Shown: positions 57,980 through 64,000 of the stretch, in pieces
How the letters are laid out: each line of letters starts with the position of its first letter
Numbering within the stretch: the stretch's first letter is position 1
Assembly: GCA_032249235.1 (NCBI GenBank)
Contig: JAVVGF010000002.1
Location: 64,001 to 128,000 of the forward strand
Source: Thermoproteota archaeon
GTDB lineage: Archaea > Thermoproteota > Thermoprotei > Gearchaeales > Gearchaeaceae
Reading direction: 5' to 3'
Length of the DNA stretch: 64,000 nt
Translations under genes and position numbers: made by a program
The notes under the pieces: generated by a model
Database searches by the model: none
The model's input: the letters and a program-made list of their open reading frames with translations, nothing else
What the model was told of the DNA's origin: nothing

Positions 57980-58230
57980 ATCAATGCAAGGAAAGTTATA
58001 GCTACTATAATTCCTACTATTAACAACGCATATGCAAGTTTCTTATTCGACGCTATAACTATAGGCAAAGGTCCTATTAGAACAAAGATCCCACCTTCCG
58101 TCTTTGAATAAGGTTGTTCTTTTCTTTTAAGGAATGCGTAAAATAACAATATCAAGAACCCAACAAAGATCAATAATACTGCCAAAAGGAAAACTAATCC
58201 GCCTAAGCTGATTAATGATAAGTAGCTCAT
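57955..58230 (-). CDS. DUF131 (TIGR00304) membrane protein
   Basis: EGGIFVLIGPLPIVIAS signature between TM helices. Confidence 0.85.
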   Translation of the reverse strand: MSYLSLISLGGLVFLLAVLLIFVGFLILLFYAFLKRKEQPYSKTEGGIFVLIGPLPIVIASNKKLAYALLIVGIIVAITFLALIWWTSYFF

Positions 58231-58234
58231 ACAA

Positions 58235-58933
58235 TCATATATTTCCTAATCTCTCCTCAAAAATTTTATTTACTTTTTCATATTCCTCCATATTTCCTAA
58301 ATCATAATACTCGCCTTTCATATGATATACAAAAACATTTCTCTTTGAAGCGATTAGAAGCTTAGCTAATTCATTCATTTGCATAATATCGCTTTTTAAA
58401 TAATCAAAAATTACAGGTTCAGCTACATAGATGCCTGAATTGATCCTTATCATCAAGCTAGGTTTTTCAGTCCATTCAGTTAATCTTCCTTCTTTATCAT
58501 TGGTTATTACTCCATATTTGATAGGCAAGGATATTTCAGTAGTTGCAATAGTTAGATCAGATTTTTTGCTTTTATGATATGTTATCATGTCTTTTAAATC
58601 GAAATTTGAAATAACATCAGAATAGCATATTACAAACGTATCCTTCATCCTATCTTTTAGAACGCTAAGTTGGCCTGCAGTTCCTAGTGGTTTAGAATAA
58701 ATAAATTCGATGTTAGAGTATTTGTCCTTCAAATATAGCTCAATTAATCTACCAAAATCTGAAAGTATAATTTTAATAGTTTTGATATCATTTTTTAAGA
58801 ACCAATCAATTATATGTTCAATTATTGACCTATCGCCTAATCTCAATAAAGGTTTAGGCAGTGTATAGCTAAGAGGTTTCATTCTTCTCCCGATCCCTGC
58901 TGCTAAAATTACGGCTTCCATATTTTTATTCAA
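58235..58933 (-). CDS. Sugar-phosphate nucleotidyltransferase
   Basis: ILAAGIGRRMKP...PKPL, PLGTAG, YSD, YGV, EKP, INSGIY, DLG. Confidence 0.9.
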   Translation of the reverse strand: MNKNMEAVILAAGIGRRMKPLSYTLPKPLLRLGDRSIIEHIIDWFLKNDIKTIKIILSDFGRLIELYLKDKYSNIEFIYSKPLGTAGQLSVLKDRMKDTFVICYSDVISNFDLKDMITYHKSKKSDLTIATTEISLPIKYGVITNDKEGRLTEWTEKPSLMIRINSGIYVAEPVIFDYLKSDIMQMNELAKLLIASKRNVFVYHMKGEYYDLGNMEEYEKVNKIFEERLGNI

Positions 58934-58948
58934 CTATAATCCATAATA

Positions 58949-59680
58949 TTGTTGAAAATATTGGTCATAAGAAGATACAACGTAGATGAAATAAATAACA
59001 TAGCAAAAAAGATAAAAATTATACCTACAGGCTCTGCTTCACTAGATAAGTTACTTGAAGGAGGATTTAGAAATTATTCAATTGTGGAAATTTATGGAGC
59101 TTCAGGTTCAGGAAAGACTAGATTAATTCATCAATTGCTTTTAACTGCATCGATCAAACTAGTTAGTGAAAACGTTTATTTAATCGATAATGAAGGGAGT
59201 TTTAGACCCAATGTATTGGAGGATATAGGTAGTAGATTTTCACAATTCAACAAAGATCTTTTAAATAGAATTTATATCTCAAGACCAATAACAGTTGAAC
59301 AGTTCATCGAGGCATTACAATACCTCGAAGCTTTAAAAGCAAAGTTTATAGCGATAGATACGCTGGTCACACATTTACGCCATCTAACGATGAAAGAATA
59401 CACTTCATATTTGAAAGAGATTCTACTTAAATTACGATCCTTAGCAAATAATGGTTCATTTATAATATTTACTAATCAAGTGACTACAAAAGAAAATGCT
59501 TTATTACCGGTAGGAAGTAAAATGATAGATTATGTTGTCGATTATAAATTAAATCTTGAAAGAATTGAAAATAGAATAAAATGCACAATAGAGAAACCTC
59601 TTCCAAAAAGAAGCGAAACGTTCAGAATCACAAGTAAAGGGTTTATAGGTTACAGCGAAAGAATTAAATATGAAATATAA
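58949..59680 (+). CDS. RadA/Rad51 paralogue lacking N-terminal domain
   Basis: IPTG..SLD.LL.GG, GASGSGKT, IDNEGSFRP, IAIDT, FTNQV. Confidence 0.85.
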   Translation: MLKILVIRRYNVDEINNIAKKIKIIPTGSASLDKLLEGGFRNYSIVEIYGASGSGKTRLIHQLLLTASIKLVSENVYLIDNEGSFRPNVLEDIGSRFSQFNKDLLNRIYISRPITVEQFIEALQYLEALKAKFIAIDTLVTHLRHLTMKEYTSYLKEILLKLRSLANNGSFIIFTNQVTTKENALLPVGSKMIDYVVDYKLNLERIENRIKCTIEKPLPKRSETFRITSKGFIGYSERIKYEI

Positions 59681-60041
59681 TTTAAGGGATGTTCTCATTG
59701 AAGTATTGAAAAACAAAAAGTTAGATTCTGAATTTTTGAATAACTTAAAAAAAGATAACGCATTAAGCTTAGAAGAAAAGGGCTATTTAGCATTTATTGA
59801 AGGACTTTTAAATTATTGGAAAGACCCGAATTATAGAATTTTTAAAAATAGCCTCTATAAAATAGTCCTCATTGATAAGAACTATGAGAAACTCAGGTAT
59901 TTAATGGAAATTAGATTTTATGATGATCCATGGATAGTCGGTTTCAAGAAGGCATTAAGAGATGCGATTGAATTCTTAACCCCAAATACCGATAGCATTG
60001 ATTATAGTAGCAGTAAACCCGTAGAAAAAAATCCACCCTAA
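59670..60041 (+). CDS. Hypothetical helical protein
   Basis: Overlaps the stop of the radA paralogue; E.GY...IEG and D....GF..A..D pattern. Confidence 0.7.
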   Translation: MKYNLRDVLIEVLKNKKLDSEFLNNLKKDNALSLEEKGYLAFIEGLLNYWKDPNYRIFKNSLYKIVLIDKNYEKLRYLMEIRFYDDPWIVGFKKALRDAIEFLTPNTDSIDYSSSKPVEKNPP

Positions 60042-60293
60042 AATATATACGCCTATACCATGTGTCGTTGGAGGATCAGCTTTATTTTTCAATACAACGC
60101 TTCGCATATAACTATTTGATAATAAATAGAATAAGATAACTAAGATAATTGAAAATGTGCCTAGTTGAGGCGGAATTAAACCGCTTAATATACCTGCTAA
60201 TGAACCGAATAAGAAACGTAAATAGTATAGTTTATCTAAAGTTTTATCATCTAATCTCTCTTGTGTCTTAGGAGATGGCTTTTTCGAAGACAT
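59976..60293 (-). CDS. EMC6-like three-TM membrane protein
   Basis: LYYLR...G.LAGILSG, LFYLLS, T.GIG.YIL.W...Y pattern; about 105 aa with three TMs. Confidence 0.65.
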   Translation of the reverse strand: MSSKKPSPKTQERLDDKTLDKLYYLRFLFGSLAGILSGLIPPQLGTFSIILVILFYLLSNSYMRSVVLKNKADPPTTHGIGVYILGWIFFYGFTATIINAIGIWG

Positions 60294-62218
60294 CGTTAAA
60301 CACTCTTGATATCTTATCGCTAGTGAAATCTATAAAGAATATGTTAATATATTCTTTTTTATCGAAGGCTTATTTAACTAACCTAGGGTTAATACTAAGA
60401 CTGAGAAAAGAAGATCAAGATTATTTATTATTAATAGATCCTGAAGGTTGGTTTTTCCTTACAAAATATTTGCCAGAAGAAACTATTTCGAACGAATTCA
60501 TAAGAATGATTAGAAAAATGTTAGAGGGTAAAAAAATTATAGACATCGCAACTCCATACTTTGATCGCTACATAAGAATTGATTTTGAAAATGATCTTTC
60601 GCTGCATATTGAGTTTATGCGTGGAGGAAATATAGTTTTAACAGAAAAAGGAATTGTTAAAACAGATTACAAACTTGATAGAAAAAGATTTAAAGTTAAC
60701 TCACAGTATACTTTGCCTACATTAAATAAATACAATCCTTATGAACTCAACATTGAAGATATAATTACTGAATTGTTAAGTTCGAAAGGTAATTTAATAG
60801 CGTCTTTATGGAAAATCTTAGGTATACCGCCAGAAATATCAAATGAAGCTTGTTATGAATTAAACATAGATAAAAATCTATTGCCAAAAAATTTTGAAAA
60901 AGAAAAACTTACAATTCTTCTTAACAAGATTAAAGAATTGATAGATAATTATTTAAAGAGTTCGAACCCTATAATAGTGCTTGATTCTAATCAACAATAC
61001 GAGACTGTACTTAATAACGATTTAAAAATTTTTAGCGAATACAATAAAATCTTTTTTGAAAACTTTAACAAAGCTATAGAAGAATACTTTTTAAAATATA
61101 AAGAATATAAGATAAAACATGAAGAAATGAAGGAAAAAGAAAAAGTATTTGAGAAAAAAGTCAAATTGATTGAAGAATTAAAATCTACAATAAATTCTTT
61201 AAACGAAGAAAACAAAAAAATTAAAGAATTCATAGATTATTTAAACTCAAATTATGATCTTTATGATAATATATTCAAAAAGATTCAAGAAAAAATTAAT
61301 AATAAAGATTGGGAGAGTGTAAAAGAGATAATAAATAACGAGCTTAGAATTAAACTCCCAATCGATGAAATAGATTTGAAGTCTAAAAAGATAAGACTAA
61401 ACTATAAGGAAACATCGATTTATTTAGATTTATTAAAAAATTTATATGAAAATATTAATGAGTTATATAGTAAAATCAAAGAGAACAAACGAAAAATAAA
61501 TAAAATTGAGAATAAATTAATTGAACTGAAAGAAACAGAAGAAATAAAAGAAAGTAAAGTAATAAAATTGAAAGAAATCACAAGAAAGTATTGGTATGAA
61601 AATTATCTATGGTTTATCACAACTTCTGGAATTCTTGCTGTTGCTGGCAGAGATAGTTCGCAAAATGAATCGCTTATAAAGAAAAGGATCGAAGAAGAAG
61701 ATCTAGTGTTTCATGCTGATATTCATGGTTCACCTTTTTTATTATTGAAAGCTAAAGGTAAGAATGTAAGCGATAAAGATATATTTGAAGCTGCTCAATT
61801 TGTAGCTTCTTATTCAAGTGCTTGGAAGGGAGGTCTCAGAGCAGTTGATGTATACTGGGTAAAGCCTGAACAGGTTTCTAAACAAGCTCCCTCGGGAACA
61901 TATTTGCCCAAGGGATCGTTTATGATTTATGGAAAAAAGAATTACGTTAAAAATGTTCCATTAGAGCTAGCTATCGTCATAGATGAAAATAAAAATCTTA
62001 TAATATTACCTTCGGCGCGTGTAGAGGAAAGACAAAAGATAATTTTAGTACCAGGAATTATGGAAAAAGAAAAAGTTATAGAAAAAATTATGAAAATATT
62101 GAAAGAAGCGAACATTGAATTTGACGAAAAGCAAGCAAGAGAGTTTCTAAATAGAAACTTGCCAAAAGGAGGCTTTGATATATTGAAAAATACTTTCATG
62201 CTTACAAAAAATAAATAA
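60275..62218 (+). CDS. rqcH: Ribosome quality-control factor Rqc2/NEMF (aRqcH)
   Basis: NFACT-N (FDR.I, EFMRGGNIVL), coiled coil, NFACT-R (WYE...WF..SG...AGRD..QNE, FHADIHGSP, SSAW, QVSKQAPSG.YL.KGSFMI.G). Confidence 0.93.
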   Translation: MAFSKTSLNTLDILSLVKSIKNMLIYSFLSKAYLTNLGLILRLRKEDQDYLLLIDPEGWFFLTKYLPEETISNEFIRMIRKMLEGKKIIDIATPYFDRYIRIDFENDLSLHIEFMRGGNIVLTEKGIVKTDYKLDRKRFKVNSQYTLPTLNKYNPYELNIEDIITELLSSKGNLIASLWKILGIPPEISNEACYELNIDKNLLPKNFEKEKLTILLNKIKELIDNYLKSSNPIIVLDSNQQYETVLNNDLKIFSEYNKIFFENFNKAIEEYFLKYKEYKIKHEEMKEKEKVFEKKVKLIEELKSTINSLNEENKKIKEFIDYLNSNYDLYDNIFKKIQEKINNKDWESVKEIINNELRIKLPIDEIDLKSKKIRLNYKETSIYLDLLKNLYENINELYSKIKENKRKINKIENKLIELKETEEIKESKVIKLKEITRKYWYENYLWFITTSGILAVAGRDSSQNESLIKKRIEEEDLVFHADIHGSPFLLLKAKGKNVSDKDIFEAAQFVASYSSAWKGGLRAVDVYWVKPEQVSKQAPSGTYLPKGSFMIYGKKNYVKNVPLELAIVIDENKNLIILPSARVEERQKIILVPGIMEKEKVIEKIMKILKEANIEFDEKQAREFLNRNLPKGGFDILKNTFMLTKNK

Positions 62219-62223
62219 TTGCC

Positions 62224-62784
62224 TTGCGTAATATGCTTAGTATGGGAATGAAGAGTGAACGAGCGCCCCGGATTCTTGTCGGGGAAGTAATGAACGATAA
62301 ACCTGTATGCGTCGATAAAAGCATAAATGTTTCAACCCTCGCTGAAATAATGAGCAAAAAGAATGTTGAAGCGGTGATCGTTGTAGAAGATGAGAAACCC
62401 ATAGGTATAATAACTGAAAAAGACTTGCTTACTAAAGTTTTGGCTAAAAAGCTTAATCCAGAAGAAGTTAAGGCTGAAGACATAATGTCTACACCTGTTA
62501 TAACTATTACTGCACAAGATGATATTTTAACTGCAATGAAAAAAATGCTATCTCATAATATCAGAAGATTGATTGTAGTAAACGAGCATAAGGTTATTGG
62601 TTTAATTAGTGTTTCTGACATTCTAAGAATTACACCATCTTTTATAGAAATCATGCAAGAAAAGTTAACTGTTAATCTAACCAAGGAGGAAACTATTGCT
62701 GGATATTGTGATGGATGTGGACAGTGGAGCGATTTTTTAGTTCTAGTTGACGATCAATACTTATGTGAAAATTGTAGGGAATGA
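62224..62784 (+). CDS. CBS-pair protein with C-terminal Zn ribbon
   Basis: Two CBS motifs (GIITEKD, IRRL.V, G.ISVSD); GYCDGCG...LCENC; true start probably a downstream ATG. Confidence 0.9.
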   Translation: MRNMLSMGMKSERAPRILVGEVMNDKPVCVDKSINVSTLAEIMSKKNVEAVIVVEDEKPIGIITEKDLLTKVLAKKLNPEEVKAEDIMSTPVITITAQDDILTAMKKMLSHNIRRLIVVNEHKVIGLISVSDILRITPSFIEIMQEKLTVNLTKEETIAGYCDGCGQWSDFLVLVDDQYLCENCRE

Positions 62785-63614
62785 GGAACAACAAAAAAGG
62801 TTGTAGTTATGTGATGAGAGTATATGAAGTGTGTGATCCAACGATAAAAGCCATGCCTCATGATGAACTCGTTACAAAAGCAAAATCTTTCATCAAAAGT
62901 AGAGGTTTAAGAAAGATAGCTGTGGTTGAAGGCGAATCTGATAGGATACTAGGTTGCGTTAGTCGTGAGAAATTAATCGAGTTATCTTCTATTCAAATGA
63001 ATACTATTCTTTTGAAAGATTTATCAGAAGAAGTCAAATTCTATGCTACTTTATATGATGAAGTTAAATATGTTATGCAAATAATGCTGAAAGAAAGAGA
63101 AGACTGCATCCCTGCTGTAGAAAATAAAGAAAAATTACAATATGGAGGTTTGGTAACGAGCGAAACAATTCTGGATGCTATTACAAAATTAGGTAGCAAA
63201 AATCTCAATAGAACAGTTAAGGAGGTTATGGATAGAAACTTTCCTCATATAAAATCAAATGATACGATAAATAAGGCATGGAAAAAGATGATTGAAACAA
63301 AGCAAACAGGTTTAATTGTAGTAAATGATGATAAAAAGGTTATAGGCGTAATAACTCATCATGACCTTCTTTCCTCTAAAGTATCATGGCTTCCTTTAGC
63401 GTTGAAGTCTGAAAACGGTTCCCATGTACTATTTGTTTCTGATTTGATGAATAAGCATGTTCATTCAATTAAAGAAAATGTAACCATACTAGAAGCCGCA
63501 AAACAATTATTAAAATATAGAATAGGAAGATTGCCTGTTGTCGATGATGATGGTAACTTAATCGGTGTTATACATAGAAGAATTCTCTTAGAACTTTTAT
63601 CTGATACTCTCTAA
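62781..63614 (+). CDS. Four-CBS-domain protein
   Basis: Repeated CBS motifs (V.EVM, GVITHHDL, V.DLM, IGRLPVVD..G.LIG). Confidence 0.88.
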   Translation: MRNNKKGCSYVMRVYEVCDPTIKAMPHDELVTKAKSFIKSRGLRKIAVVEGESDRILGCVSREKLIELSSIQMNTILLKDLSEEVKFYATLYDEVKYVMQIMLKEREDCIPAVENKEKLQYGGLVTSETILDAITKLGSKNLNRTVKEVMDRNFPHIKSNDTINKAWKKMIETKQTGLIVVNDDKKVIGVITHHDLLSSKVSWLPLALKSENGSHVLFVSDLMNKHVHSIKENVTILEAAKQLLKYRIGRLPVVDDDGNLIGVIHRRILLELLSDTL

Positions 63615-63667
63615 TACTTTTAAGATCTAAATTTAAAAAGTTCATAAAACATAAGTGCATAGTAGAT

Positions 63668-64000
63668 ATGTTTGAGCCTGCTACGAAGAATATTTACGAA
63701 AGAATACTTTTGCAAAATTTCACTAACAGAGAGGTTTATGTAGTTACACCTAATGATACATTAGCATATGCAAGAAAAATCATGTTTAGAAATAACATTT
63801 CGAAACTAGTAGTTATTGAAGGAGAAAAAATTTTTGGAATCATTTCTTTAAGAGATATAGCAAACATTCTAACGAAATTAGGGAGCGAAATTGAAAGATC
63901 GTTAGATGAAATTTTGGTTAAAAATGTTGCTACACGAAATGTTATAACATTAGACGTTAATCGCAACGTCAGGGAAGCATGCAAGCTTATGCATGATAAG
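63668..64000 (+). CDS. CBS-domain protein, 3'-truncated by window edge (not in ORF track)
   Basis: Hand translation MFEPATKNIYERILLQNFTNREVYVVTPNDTLAYARKIMFRNNISKLVVIEGEKIFGIISLRDIA..., open to the window end. Confidence 0.85.
   Translation, partial: MFEPATKNIYERILLQNFTNREVYVVTPNDTLAYARKIMFRNNISKLVVIEGEKIFGIISLRDIANILTKLGSEIERSLDEILVKNVATRNVITLDVNRNVREACKLMHDK

Noticed and set aside
63736-63984. 82-aa minus-strand ORF
   Set aside because: Antisense shadow of the plus-strand CBS gene starting at 63668.
1-64000. CRISPR arrays, IS elements, rRNA, tRNA introns, Sec/Pyl read-through, and the many short antisense ORFs in the track
   Set aside because: No regularly spaced repeats, transposase motifs, long GC-rich RNA genes or BHB introns seen; no conserved gene is interrupted by a lone in-frame TGA/TAG; the short ORFs lie antisense to or inside well-supported genes.

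Overview
AT-rich (roughly 30% GC by eye), gene-dense chromosomal segment of a TACK-group archaeon. Evidence for the assignment: CdvA/CdvB/CdvC division genes, the gar1-tfb-TFE-beta cluster, egsA, radA, EF-2 with an intact diphthamide motif, and many apparently leaderless genes. The first CdvB resembles Nitrososphaeria-type proteins, but the exact lineage cannot be fixed from the sequence. The window holds about 60 mostly housekeeping CDSs, four intron-less tRNAs without encoded CCA (Ser-CGA, Gly-CCC, Glu-TTC, Glu-CTC), one multiply frameshifted FN3 surface-protein pseudogene and an unannotated 44-aa zinc-finger microprotein. I found no CRISPR array, integrase, transposase or rRNA. Most notable observations: (i) an unannotated protein with two arrestin/Spo0M/Vps26-like signature motifs fused to a winged helix; (ii) a solitary Spo11/Topo VI-A-like (Mini-A-type) TOPRIM gene directly upstream of EF-2; (iii) a 116-bp perfectly identical block shared by oppD and oppF; (iv) a four-gene cdvB'-cdvA-cdvB-cdvC operon with repeated upstream motifs; (v) two thiolase-fold proteins lacking the canonical catalytic residues, paired with two DUF35 proteins; (vi) a Nudix hydrolase with a C-terminal PIP-like motif; (vii) an EMC6-like protein. 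All family calls come from motif recognition by eye, not from database searches.
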